From Gemmata obscuriglobus (GTDB lineage Bacteria > Planctomycetota > Planctomycetia > Gemmatales > Gemmataceae), in contig NZ_CP042911.1 in NCBI RefSeq assembly GCF_008065095.1, positions 8,730,001-8,762,000 on the forward strand: a stretch of DNA of 32,000 nt. The letters run 5' to 3'. The notes under the pieces are model-generated. The model saw nothing but the letters and a program-made list of their open reading frames with translations, ran no database searches and was not told where the DNA came from. The position numbers were made by a program, and so were the translations under genes. Shown here one piece after another: positions 1-10,710 of the stretch. The first letter of the stretch is position 1. Each line of letters opens with the position of its first letter.

Positions 1-1411
1 TCAGCGTCAGCGGGGCCTTTCCTGGGGGCGCAATGGTAATCGTCTGGACGTCACTCTCGGTAAACCGCGCGACGCGGGCGTCCGCCACCTCGCCCGCCTT
101 CACGAACAACCCGTTGAGCTTATCGGTGCCCACGGTGAAGAGCTGCGGATTACCCTCGATCTGCGCGTACCGGTACGGGGTCGGCACCTTCTGCGTGATG
201 GTGCGCGGCGGGCCGCCCATCGGGTTCGGGATGGTGATCTGCTCGTCGCGCTCGACGGTCTTCGCGGTGCCGCCGAACTTCACCGTCACGGCGGTGCCGC
301 TCTTGAGCCGTACGGTGACCGACTCCTTCGACTTCTTCAGCTCCTCGCGCGGGTCGGTCACGGTTTCCGGGTGGAGCCGTGCCAGGAGCCCCGGGAACGG
401 CTCCACCGGCACCGGCAGCAGTTGCGCGATCGCGAACGGGTGCTCGGCCAGCGCCCCCTGCGCCGTGGGCACGAAGTCCTCGACCCACAGTTCCGGGACC
501 GCGGCCAGCACCTGCTGGAGCCGCGCCGGTTCCGCGCGCTCGCGGACGGGGGCGGACAGCTCCCAGGCGTCGGCCAGGCGGTCGGGCTGCACCACCGGCT
601 CCGCGCCCTTCGTGGCCGCGGCGGGGGGCGGGGTCGGGCCGGTGCGCTTCAGTGCGAACCGGCCGTCGAGGAACCACGGCGTGAGCCCGAAGGCGGTGAC
701 GCCCTTACCGGTGACGCGGACCTCTTCGATGCTCTCTCCCGGGAGCGAGACGGTCGTCGGCGCGCTCTCGGCCGGCGGGGCACCCGGCCCGGCGGGTGGG
801 GGCGTGCCGGGGAGCTTCACCCGCTCGACGTCCGCGAACAGTTGGCGGCGGCGGTACGCCTCGGCCGGGCGGCGCAGGACCGGCATCACGTCCGGGCCGA
901 GCTTGAGCACCTCGGGGGCGTCGTTGACGCGGACGAAGGCCGGTTTGGTGAACGCGGTGTCGCCCGCGCCGGGCTTCGGCTCGCCGAACGTGAGCGTGTA
1001 GTCGGTGCCGTTCGCCTTCACCTTCACGACGACCGGCTTTTGCGCGGCGGCCACACCGTAGGCCGCTGGCGCGTCCGCGTCGCCGGCGAGTGGGACGGGG
1101 CGGAACCGGGTCCGGAGGCTGGCGAGGGTGGCGACCAGCTCGTTGGCTTCGGCGGCTCGCAGGGGCCAGTTCCCGGGCTGGGACCAGCCCGCCGGTCCCT
1201 TTTCGAGGACGAACGGCTCACCGCCCCCCGGGAGCACTTCCACGCGGGTAATGGTCTCGGGGGTGAGGTCGGTTTCGACCGACGCGAGCGCGGCCGAATC
1301 GGGCGCCGCGGGCCGGGGCGCGAGCTTCGGGAACCACTCGTCGCCCTTAAACAGCCACACGCCGGCTCCGGCCGCGAGGGTCACCAGAAGGAGCGTGCTC
1401 TTCCAATTCAT
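1..1411 (-). CDS. DUF4340-like membrane-anchored protein, last gene of the GldG-type ABC operon (C-terminus runs off the window)
   Basis: Own translation from ATG (complement of cat at 1409-1411) gives MNWKSTLLLVTLAAGAGVWLFKGDEWFPKL..., and the frame stays open to position 1. It is absent from the ORF track because it has no stop in the window. It has an N-terminal TM anchor, then modules such as ITRVEVLPGGGEPFVLEKGPAGWSQPGNWPL...AYGV that fit my memory of DUF4340 proteins encoded after gldG. Confidence 0.6.
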   Translation of the reverse strand, partial: MNWKSTLLLVTLAAGAGVWLFKGDEWFPKLAPRPAAPDSAALASVETDLTPETITRVEVLPGGGEPFVLEKGPAGWSQPGNWPLRAAEANELVATLASLRTRFRPVPLAGDADAPAAYGVAAAQKPVVVKVKANGTDYTLTFGEPKPGAGDTAFTKPAFVRVNDAPEVLKLGPDVMPVLRRPAEAYRRRQLFADVERVKLPGTPPPAGPGAPPAESAPTTVSLPGESIEEVRVTGKGVTAFGLTPWFLDGRFALKRTGPTPPPAAATKGAEPVVQPDRLADAWELSAPVRERAEPARLQQVLAAVPELWVEDFVPTAQGALAEHPFAIAQLLPVPVEPFPGLLARLHPETVTDPREELKKSKESVTVRLKSGTAVTVKFGGTAKTVERDEQITIPNPMGGPPRTITQKVPTPYRYAQIEGNPQLFTVGTDKLNGLFVKAGEVADARVARFTESDVQTITIAPPGKAPLTL

Positions 1412-1515
1412 GGCGCGTCACCAAAACGAGAAGGCGAGCGGGGGGCGTGAGCCCCCCGAGTTCCCCCGGTTCAAACGTCCGCGTGAGGCAGGGCCTACGC
1501 CCCGCTCACCCCGTG

Positions 1516-4107
1516 CTACCGCGTCCGGCGGCGCATCATCGCGAACAGCCCCGCGTACGCGGCGATCAGCGGCAGCCCGATCAGCGCCCCGGACCGCCAC
1601 AGCGCCCGGTTGCGCTCCGACAGCTCCACCCGCGGGTACTTCCACGCCGGTACGTCGGCCTTCGGCAGCCGGTCCTCGCGGCCGGTGAGCCAGTTCACCG
1701 AGTGCAGCAGCAGGCGCTCCTGCGGCGGCTCCAGGCGCGGCCCGCTGAACAGGTGCCCGCTGCCGAACACCACCGTCCGCTGTGTGGGCCGGTCGAGCGT
1801 CTCGGCAGCGACCGAGAGCGCCGCGGCGAACGTGCCGTCCAGCGGGGTCAGTAGCGCCGCGGCCCCCTGCTCGCGCTCGTAGCTCTCGTTCACCCACGCC
1901 GCGGGGATCTTGCTCTCGACCGCTACGCCGATCGGGAACGACCCCTTGCGCTCCTCGGCGCGGGTGTTGCGCTTCGGGTCGTCGGCCGGGGTCGGGTCGT
2001 ACCGCGGGATGTAGGTGACGCGCCCGGCCTGGTCGCTGGTCGGGAACGGCTTCTCCTCGTTCCACCCGGCCGGCGCGGTGAACACGAACTCGCCGGCGAA
2101 CTTCAGCCGGTCCTGCCACCCGTCGGCCAGGTACACCGGGCGCGGGGAGAACAGCTTGATGTCCAGCTTCTGCTCCACCGTCCGCCCGCTGTGCCGCAGC
2201 GCCGCGGCGATCGGGTTCGGCGCGGCGCTCGATCCGGCGGGGGCGCTCTCGGCGAACACTAGCGGCGGGATGGTGGTGGGGCCGCCGCCGCCGATCTGGC
2301 CGCCGGCCCGGGCGGACGCCAGCGCCTTCCGCTCGGCGTCGAAGAGGACCGTGTCGCGCTTCAGCTCGACCCCGCGGTCGCGGAGCAGCCGGTCGAACCC
2401 GTCCCCCTCGGCGGGCGGGCCGGTGCGGGACGCCAGGGACCCCATGCACGCGAGCACCGGCTTGCCGGCCTTCATGAACTCCTTCACCACCTCGACCTGT
2501 TTCTTGTCGAGCTGGTGGATGGCCGGCGGCACGCCGTTGCGGATCGACACGTTGACCAGCGTGTGCCGCGGCACGATGAGCAGGTCCACGTCGGACACGA
2601 GCCGCGTCAGCTTGGCCTTCACGTCGGCGATGCGCCGGTCCTGGACGGTGCGCTCGTCGGCCTGCGCCGCCTTCACCTTGCCCTCGGCGTCGCGCTGCTC
2701 GGCCTCGGCCTCGCGCACCTGCTCCTCGGACCGCTTGAGCTGCACGGCCAGCCCGGACCGCACCAGGCCCTGCAACTCGGCCTCGCTCTCGGCGGTGATC
2801 TGCGGGCCGCCCGTCCACCGGCGGAACGCGGCGATCAGCTCGGTCCACTCGCGCACCCGGGCGCCCTGGCCGAGCTGGTTGTAGAAGTCCACCCGGTCGC
2901 GGACCGGCTGCCGGAGCACGGTGTCGAGGGCGGCGCGGAGCTGGGTCAGCACCTTCACGTCGTCCTTCGCGCCTTGCACCGCGTCGCGCGCCGAGTCCGC
3001 CTCGGCTTCGAGCCGCTCCAGCTTGCTCTCGTCGAGCGTGTACGCCGCCGGCTCGATCTCTTTCGTCGGGTCCTCCCAGTTCTTCTTCAGCACCACGTCG
3101 ACCACGTCGAACCCGTTGTCGGTGAGCGCCCGCTTCAGCCCGGCGACTGTGTACTGCTCGGTCCCCTCGGCCACCGCGGTGGACAGGAACTCGTGGACCA
3201 CGCACACCGCGACCTTCGGGCGCCGCTCCTGCACCGTCAGCACCCGCCGCGCGAAGGTGTCCACACCCTGCGGGAGCAGCACCAGGTTCTCGGCCCCCGG
3301 CGCTTCCTTGCTAGCGGTCTTGTCGAGCTGCATGAACTCGTTGAACGAGAGCCGCTGCACCCGCCCGTTCGCGTGGAAGAAGATGCTGTTCTCGGGGGCG
3401 TCGTCGATGGCGCCCTTCAGCTCCGGTGCGTCCTTGGTGAGCTGCCGGACCTGGTCCTCGTAGCCGAACGCCTCGGAGTCGAGCACCACCACGTTGAACT
3501 GCGGGCCGAACTCGCGGAACTGGTCCACGAGGTCGCGCACCTTCTCGGTCACCTTCTCCTCGGCGGCCTTCGTGTACGAGTCCCGCTTCGGCGCGAGGGT
3601 GCCGAAGTTGTGCATCTGGAGCACCACGATCGTGGTCGGCGCGTTCGGCCGGAGCTTGCCCAGTTCGGTCTGGAGTTCGGCCGGCAGGGTGAACCGCTGG
3701 TCGCGGGTGCAGTCGATCCGCCGGTAGTGCGTGAAGGAGTAGACGTTGACGAAGGCGAGCAGCGCCACCGCCGCGACGGTGCCCAGGGTGGCGCTAGTGC
3801 CGGCGGCGGTGCGGCGGAAGCCGCCGAACAGGAGCGCGCTCAGCAGTTCCAGGACTAGGGTGAGGGCCGCGAGCCCGGCGCCCACCAGCACGGCGAGCGT
3901 CGCCGCCCGGAGGAACTCCCCCTCCGCCCCCTGGGCGACGGCCTCGAGCCGGCCGGGCGCGGCGAACTCGCTAAGGCGCTCGCGCTGCTCGGCGCCGAGC
4001 AGCACGCCCCCGACCGTACACGCGAGCAGGCCCATCAAACCCAGCGCGCGAACCGCGAACCGGAACCGGCTGCCCCAGGTCGTGCGCTGACGCGAATCGG
4101 TTGCCAT
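1516..4107 (-). CDS. GldG-like ABC-transporter auxiliary component, unusually long (863 aa)
   Basis: ATG at 4105-4107. N-terminal TM helices (LGLMGLLACTVGGVLL, AATLAVLVGAGLAALTLVLELL) and a C-terminal TM anchor (SGALIGLPLIAAYAGLFAMM). The overall layout and its position after an ABC-2 permease and ATPase match GldG / ABC_transp_aux proteins. It has a central helical insert. Confidence 0.75.
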   Translation of the reverse strand: MATDSRQRTTWGSRFRFAVRALGLMGLLACTVGGVLLGAEQRERLSEFAAPGRLEAVAQGAEGEFLRAATLAVLVGAGLAALTLVLELLSALLFGGFRRTAAGTSATLGTVAAVALLAFVNVYSFTHYRRIDCTRDQRFTLPAELQTELGKLRPNAPTTIVVLQMHNFGTLAPKRDSYTKAAEEKVTEKVRDLVDQFREFGPQFNVVVLDSEAFGYEDQVRQLTKDAPELKGAIDDAPENSIFFHANGRVQRLSFNEFMQLDKTASKEAPGAENLVLLPQGVDTFARRVLTVQERRPKVAVCVVHEFLSTAVAEGTEQYTVAGLKRALTDNGFDVVDVVLKKNWEDPTKEIEPAAYTLDESKLERLEAEADSARDAVQGAKDDVKVLTQLRAALDTVLRQPVRDRVDFYNQLGQGARVREWTELIAAFRRWTGGPQITAESEAELQGLVRSGLAVQLKRSEEQVREAEAEQRDAEGKVKAAQADERTVQDRRIADVKAKLTRLVSDVDLLIVPRHTLVNVSIRNGVPPAIHQLDKKQVEVVKEFMKAGKPVLACMGSLASRTGPPAEGDGFDRLLRDRGVELKRDTVLFDAERKALASARAGGQIGGGGPTTIPPLVFAESAPAGSSAAPNPIAAALRHSGRTVEQKLDIKLFSPRPVYLADGWQDRLKFAGEFVFTAPAGWNEEKPFPTSDQAGRVTYIPRYDPTPADDPKRNTRAEERKGSFPIGVAVESKIPAAWVNESYEREQGAAALLTPLDGTFAAALSVAAETLDRPTQRTVVFGSGHLFSGPRLEPPQERLLLHSVNWLTGREDRLPKADVPAWKYPRVELSERNRALWRSGALIGLPLIAAYAGLFAMMRRRTR

Positions 4108-4234
4108 CGATGCCCTCAGCTACGATCAGTTCTCGGTCCCGAACATTTTCTGATAGGATCGACAGGAAGCAGAGTTCTTCCGATTTAAATCCTGTCCATC
4201 CTGTTGATCTTGTCACAACGGCCGGGTTCCAGGC

Positions 4235-5218
4235 TCAGCGCAGCCGCCGCGCTTCCAGCGACCGCACGGTCAGGTACAGGCACGCCAGCGTCACAGAGAC
4301 GTACAGCACGAGCGGCCGGGTGTCGATCACCCCGCGGGTGAAGTCGCGGCGGAAGTGCTCCGGCACGGCCACGTAGTACGCGAGCGAGTAGCCGAGCGTG
4401 CCCGGCTCGAACTGCCACCGCGCCAGCGCTGGCAGCACGAACAGCAGCCCCAGCAGGAGCGACAGCATCCACGCCACGAGCTGGCTCTTCACCCAGCTCG
4501 ACACCAGCAGCCCGAGCGCCAGGAACATCGCCCCCGCCAGCACCACCCCCAGGTACGAGGTGAAGACCGGCCGCGGGTCGATGTTCGCGGCGATGTGAAC
4601 CAGGTGCCGCTCGTCCTGCGTGGCGTGCAGGTACCCCCCGCCGACCGCCAGCACCAACCCCAGGAGCCCGAGCAGCAGCACCGCCCACCCGTTCAGATCA
4701 AACCAGAACCCGAGCTTCGCGACCAGTAGGAGCAGCACGCCCACCAGCGTCGCCACGGCGTAGGGGGTGACCGCGCCTTGCCACTCGACCGTCCAGTCCG
4801 CCAGGACCGGGACGTACAGGAGGGTGGTGGCCCAGAGCGTGAGGTAGAACGCGAAGCACGCGACGAACTTGGCGAGGATCACCTGCCAGTCGCGGATCGG
4901 CGCGGTGAGCAGCGCTTCGATCGTCCCGGTCCCGCGCTCCTCGGCGACCAGGCGCGAGGTGATGATCCCGGTGACGGCCGGGAACAGGCCCCAGAACAGC
5001 ACCCCGGCTACCAGCGCCCCGGGCGGGCTCTCGGCGCCCCCGAGCATCACCTGCATCGGGTACTCAACCCCGCGCGGCCCCTTCTCGGTCAGCAACCCCA
5101 CGACCAGCCAGAACAGGAGCCCGTTCAGCACAAGGAACGCGAACAGCGCCACGTACCCCACCGGCCCGGTGAAGTACGCGGCGAACTCGCGGCGGATCAG
5201 GCTGAACGTGGCTCGCAT
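4235..5218 (-). CDS. ABC-2 type transporter permease (GldF-like)
   Basis: ATG at 5216-5218. 327 aa polytopic membrane protein (FAAYFTGPVGYVALFAFLVLNG..., about 6-7 hydrophobic helices) lying between the ATPase and the GldG-like gene. Confidence 0.8.
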   Translation of the reverse strand: MRATFSLIRREFAAYFTGPVGYVALFAFLVLNGLLFWLVVGLLTEKGPRGVEYPMQVMLGGAESPPGALVAGVLFWGLFPAVTGIITSRLVAEERGTGTIEALLTAPIRDWQVILAKFVACFAFYLTLWATTLLYVPVLADWTVEWQGAVTPYAVATLVGVLLLLVAKLGFWFDLNGWAVLLLGLLGLVLAVGGGYLHATQDERHLVHIAANIDPRPVFTSYLGVVLAGAMFLALGLLVSSWVKSQLVAWMLSLLLGLLFVLPALARWQFEPGTLGYSLAYYVAVPEHFRRDFTRGVIDTRPLVLYVSVTLACLYLTVRSLEARRLR

Positions 5219-5335
5219 GAAGTCGCCCCCCTCTGAGTCGGGTTTAGTGTTTGGTTTTCGGTGTCTGGCTCTTGGTCATTGCCCACGCGCACGTTCGGAA
5301 CGCACGCTTACTGAACACCAAACACCGAACCCGGC

Positions 5336-6058
5336 TCAAATGCCTTCCTGTTTCGTCAGCGTCACGAAGATGTCTTCGAGCGGCTTGTTCTTGTGCCGCT
5401 GCCGCACCGCCGCCAGCGCGCCGTCCTCGACCACCTGCCCCTGGTAAATCACGATCACCGAATCGCAGGTGGCCTCTACCTCGCTCAGGATGTGCGTGGA
5501 GAGGAGCATCGTGTGCTCCTTCCCCAGCTCGCGCATTAGCTTGCGGGTCTCGCGGATCTGCGTCGGGTCGAGCCCGGCGGTGGGCTCGTCGAGGATCAGC
5601 ACCGGCGGGTTGGCGATCAGCGCGTCGGCCAGCCCGACCCGCTGCCGGTACCCCTTCGACAGCGTCCCGATGATCTGCCGGCTGACGTCGGTGAGCCAGC
5701 ACCGCTCCAGCACGTAGCCCAGCCGTGAGCGGCGCTCCGACCGGCCGAGCCCCTTGAGCCCGGCGCGGAACCGCAGGTACTCGTCCACCCGCATCTCGGT
5801 GTACAGCGGGCAGCTCTCGGGCATGTACCCGATGCGGCGGCGGGCCTCGATCGGGTCCCAGAACACGTCGCGGCCGTCCACGGTGGCCTTGCCGGAGCTG
5901 GCCGTGAGGAACCCGGCGAGGATGCGCATGGTGGTCGACTTGCCGGCGCCGTTCGGGCCGAGGAACCCGACCACCTGGCCCTTCTCGACCGAGAAGGACA
6001 CGTCCCGCACGGCGTGGTACTCGCCGTAGTATTTGGTGAGGTGCTCGACGACGATCAT
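5336..6058 (-). CDS. ABC transporter ATP-binding protein (GldA-like)
   Basis: Walker A GPNGAGKST, signature LSKGYRQRVGLA, Walker B LILDEPTAGLD, H-loop LLSTHIL. I place the start at ATG 6058 (MIVVEHLTKYYG), preceded by GGGGAG. The track start at 6091 is a TTG extension. Confidence 0.9.
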   Translation of the reverse strand: MIVVEHLTKYYGEYHAVRDVSFSVEKGQVVGFLGPNGAGKSTTMRILAGFLTASSGKATVDGRDVFWDPIEARRRIGYMPESCPLYTEMRVDEYLRFRAGLKGLGRSERRSRLGYVLERCWLTDVSRQIIGTLSKGYRQRVGLADALIANPPVLILDEPTAGLDPTQIRETRKLMRELGKEHTMLLSTHILSEVEATCDSVIVIYQGQVVEDGALAAVRQRHKNKPLEDIFVTLTKQEGI

Positions 6059-6248
6059 GTCGCTCCCCGAGTGCGTCGCGCGGTCTGGCAAGCTAAACGC
6101 TTAAGGCGCGCCGCGGACCGCGGCAAGGGCGCTGGGCCGAGAGGTTACCGCGAAACCGGCCGCACCGGCGTCCGCGGGTCGGCTTGACCCCACCTTTTCG
6201 TTCGGCGTACCGTGCCGCGGGTTTTCCGTTCACCCGGAGGTGCGGCGC

Positions 6249-7178
6249 ATGGAACTGCTGAAGCGTTTCGTGGTGGGGTTGGGTGCGGGGGCGGCGATCG
6301 TCGGGCTGGCCATGTTCGCGCTGTCGGTCGCCCCACAATCCGGGGCCGAGTCCGCCGCGCAGCTCGCGCCGTTGCCGAGCCCGTCGCCGCTCCCGACTCC
6401 GTCGGTGCCAATGTCCAACGCGTCCCCCACCGCGCTGCCCACACTGCCCGGGGCAGACACTCTGCCCGCCGTGGGGCCAACACCCGTGTACCCTCCCGCT
6501 CCTTCCGTGCATGGCCCGGGCGCATTTCAGAAGACGCAAGCGGAGCCGCTTCCCCCCGGTCTAGCCGCAACGCTTCCATTTCCAACCATGCCGGACGTGA
6601 AGCCGGCAAAGGCCGAGATCGCGAAGCAGCCGCTCGGGCGGTCCGCGGTGCGGTTCGCCGGTCCGGCGGGCATGAAGGTGTCGTGGCTGGTCGGCGAGAC
6701 GTTTCACGACCGCGACCTGACCGCCCCGGCGGCGTTCAACTTCGTGCAGGGGGAGGTCTACCGGCTCCGACTCACCGGGCTGCCGAAGTACCCGAAAGCC
6801 AAGTTCTACCCGACGATGGAAGTGTGCGCGCCGAGCGCACGGGTGCAGTCGTTCCTGGGCCACAACGCGATTCCGATCTCGTTCACCGACGCGGAACTGG
6901 CGACCGCGGCCGAGGGGCGGTTGGTGGTGAAGGCGGTCTACCTGCCGAGCGCACCCGGCGCGGAATCGGCCACGACGACCGAGGAAGTGTCCTCGCTCCG
7001 CCCGGGCGCGACCGGTGACCCCGCCGGCGTGGCGTCCGATCGCGGGTCCCTACTGGCGGTGGTCCGGCTCGGGAACGTGGATCTGGAGAACCCGCATTCG
7101 CCGCCGCTTCACGCGCCGCCGAGCACGCAGCTTCCGGGGCACGCAGCGGTGGGGCAAATCGCTCCGGTGATCCCGTGA
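6249..7178 (+). CDS. secreted or membrane-anchored proline-rich hypothetical protein
   Basis: ATG 6249 lies 8 nt after GGAGG; the track start at 6240 is a GTG overlapping the SD. N-terminal hydrophobic anchor (FVVGLGAGAAIVGLAMFALSVA), a Pro-rich linker, then a globular C-terminal part (GMKVSWLVG...YRLRLTGLPKYPKAKFYPTMEV...VVKAVYLPS). I recognise no named domain. Confidence 0.6.
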   Translation: MELLKRFVVGLGAGAAIVGLAMFALSVAPQSGAESAAQLAPLPSPSPLPTPSVPMSNASPTALPTLPGADTLPAVGPTPVYPPAPSVHGPGAFQKTQAEPLPPGLAATLPFPTMPDVKPAKAEIAKQPLGRSAVRFAGPAGMKVSWLVGETFHDRDLTAPAAFNFVQGEVYRLRLTGLPKYPKAKFYPTMEVCAPSARVQSFLGHNAIPISFTDAELATAAEGRLVVKAVYLPSAPGAESATTTEEVSSLRPGATGDPAGVASDRGSLLAVVRLGNVDLENPHSPPLHAPPSTQLPGHAAVGQIAPVIP

Positions 7179-7276
7179 ATCGGGCCGCACCGACTCGCGG
7201 CGGCTCGGATCGATCCGGACCGCCGCGCTGGGGCGCAGGGTCCACGATGCGCACGAGACGACTGGGCTGATCGGAG

Positions 7277-7612
7277 TCAGGTCGGCAGGCCGCTTGCCGA
7301 CGCGTGTCGGTTCGCGTCGTCCAACCGGCCGAGGGAGGATTTCAGCAGCCGGTTCATCTTCTCGACGGCCCCTTTGACCGCTTCGTCCGGGGTGTCGGCG
7401 TCGCTCATCACCGCCACCGGGTGGAGCCCGGCGGCCCGGACCTCAAGCGTGCAGCGCGCGTCCGGGCCGCCCTTCGGACCGTTCACATCGCTCAGGTGGG
7501 CTTCCACCCGCGTGAGCCGGCTGCGGTATCGTGACAGACCGCTCTCGAGCTTCGCTGTAACACCTGAAACGTCTACAAAAACGCGCGTGCCGGTGCTGAT
7601 TTCGATGTGCAT
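7277..7612 (-). CDS. HPF/RaiA-family ribosome-associated (hibernation) protein, short form, paralog 1
   Basis: ATG 7612 preceded by AAGGAGAG. MHIEISTG...RLTRVEAHLSDVNGPKGGPDARCTLEVRAAG...AVKGAVEKMNRLL fits the beta-alpha-beta-beta-beta-alpha S30AE/HPF pattern. It is a clear paralog of 27952..28302. Confidence 0.7.
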   Translation of the reverse strand: MHIEISTGTRVFVDVSGVTAKLESGLSRYRSRLTRVEAHLSDVNGPKGGPDARCTLEVRAAGLHPVAVMSDADTPDEAVKGAVEKMNRLLKSSLGRLDDANRHASASGLPT

Positions 7613-7647
7613 GGTAGCTCTCCTTATCGTGCGACCGAGCTAGTGTG

Positions 7648-7663
7648 CGCGAAAGCCGTGCCG
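7648..7663 (-). promoter_or_regulatory. sigma-54-type -24/-12 promoter-like motif upstream of HPF paralog 1
   Basis: The minus strand reads CGGCACGGCTTTCGCG. GG and GC are separated by exactly 10 nt, and 35 nt lie between the -12 element and the ATG at 7612. The -12 element is TCGC rather than TTGC. Confidence 0.45.
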
Positions 7664-7772
7664 GTTAGGATTTCCAGCTCGGTCCTGTCGCGAGGTGACT
7701 TCCACGCTCGGTTTGGTGGGTGTCTGAAATGGTGTTCGCTCGCGAACCAATTGCTTTTCGGCGTCTACCAAC

Positions 7773-7806
7773 GACGAAGCCGCGAGCAAGTGCCCGCGGC
7801 TTCGTC
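7773..7806 (-). terminator. strong hairpin between pnp and the HPF gene (second of two)
   Basis: gacgaagccgcg / cgcggcttcgtc forms a perfect 12 bp stem with a 10 nt loop. No clean U-tract follows. Confidence 0.35.
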
Positions 7807-7842
7807 ATCAGCTCGACTTCATGGGTTCAAACGTAACCCTGA

Positions 7843-7868
7843 AGTGCCCGGGCCGCGGCCCGGGCACT
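7843..7868 (-). terminator. perfect 26 nt GC palindrome 39 nt downstream of the pnp stop
   Basis: agtgcccgggccgcggcccgggcact, verified base by base. On the minus strand it is followed by ttcagggtt. Confidence 0.45.
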
Positions 7869-7906
7869 GCGATTACAGGAATGAACGCGATCACCGGATT
7901 CGGGCC

Positions 7907-10156
<2,250 letters not shown>

Positions 10157-10279
10157 GGAGGTGACCCTTTCCGTTTTGCCGGCAGGAGCGGTTCGCGGAG
10201 TCTCAGATGAATAAGCCCACAAGCCCCGGGTCGAACGACACGGGACTCAGGATTCGTCAACTCGAGACGAGCGTAGCGG

Positions 10280-10549
10280 CTATTTGCGGAGCCCGAGCTT
10301 CCCAATGACCGCGAGGTAGCGATCGCGGTCGGTTTGCCGGAGGTACTTGAGCAGGTCAGCGCGTTGGCTGACGAGCTTCAGCAGCCCGCGGCGGCTGGAG
10401 AAGTCTTTCTTGTGCGCCCGCATGTGCTCCGTCAGGGAGTTGATCCGCTTGGTGAGCAGCGCGACCTGCACTTCGGGCGAACCGGTGTCGGTGTCGCCGC
10501 GCCGGAACTGGCTGATAAGCCCAGACTTCTCTTCCTTCGTGATCGACAT
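10280..10549 (-). CDS. rpsO: 30S ribosomal protein S15
   Basis: 89 aa, MSITKEEK...[48 protein letters not shown]. It lies directly upstream of pnp, the classic rpsO-pnp arrangement. Confidence 0.95.
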   Translation of the reverse strand: MSITKEEKSGLISQFRRGDTDTGSPEVQVALLTKRINSLTEHMRAHKKDFSSRRGLLKLVSQRADLLKYLRQTDRDRYLAVIGKLGLRK

Positions 10550-10639
10550 CGTCCCGGATCTCCGCTATCCCGCCGCGTCGCACTCCTGCCATCAGTTACG
10601 AAACGACGTTTCAGTTACACACTGGTTCTGGATTTACGC

Positions 10640-10667
10640 AATTTACCGCCCCGCGACCAGATGGCAA
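10640..10667 (-). promoter_or_regulatory. candidate sigma-70-type promoter for rpsO
   Basis: The minus strand reads TTGCCA-N16-TAAATT, about 90 nt upstream of the rpsO ATG. The predicted leader contains the palindrome gaaacgtcgtttc flanked by a direct GTAACTGA repeat. Confidence 0.3.
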
Positions 10668-10670
10668 GGG

Positions 10671-10710
10671 GCGAAAAACGCAAACGCGACCGGCCAAAAG
10701 TACCGGTCGC
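10671..10710 (-). terminator. intrinsic-terminator-like hairpin with no annotated gene upstream
   Basis: The minus strand reads gcgaccgg-tacttttgg-ccggtcgc (perfect 8 bp stem) followed by GTTTGCGTTTTTC. Confidence 0.35.

Noticed and set aside
33-1450. Plus-strand ORFs 33..1001 and 371..1450
   Set aside because: They lie opposite the DUF4340-like gene, which has a sensible TM anchor and operon context, whereas these peptides are low-complexity Arg/Gly/Ser.
1418-3205. 595 aa minus-strand ORF, with other long ORFs overlapping the GldG-like gene (2515..3858 plus, 2015..2884 plus)
   Set aside because: They are alternative frames of the GldG-like gene. The peptides are extremely Arg/Gly/Ala/Pro-rich and have no motifs.
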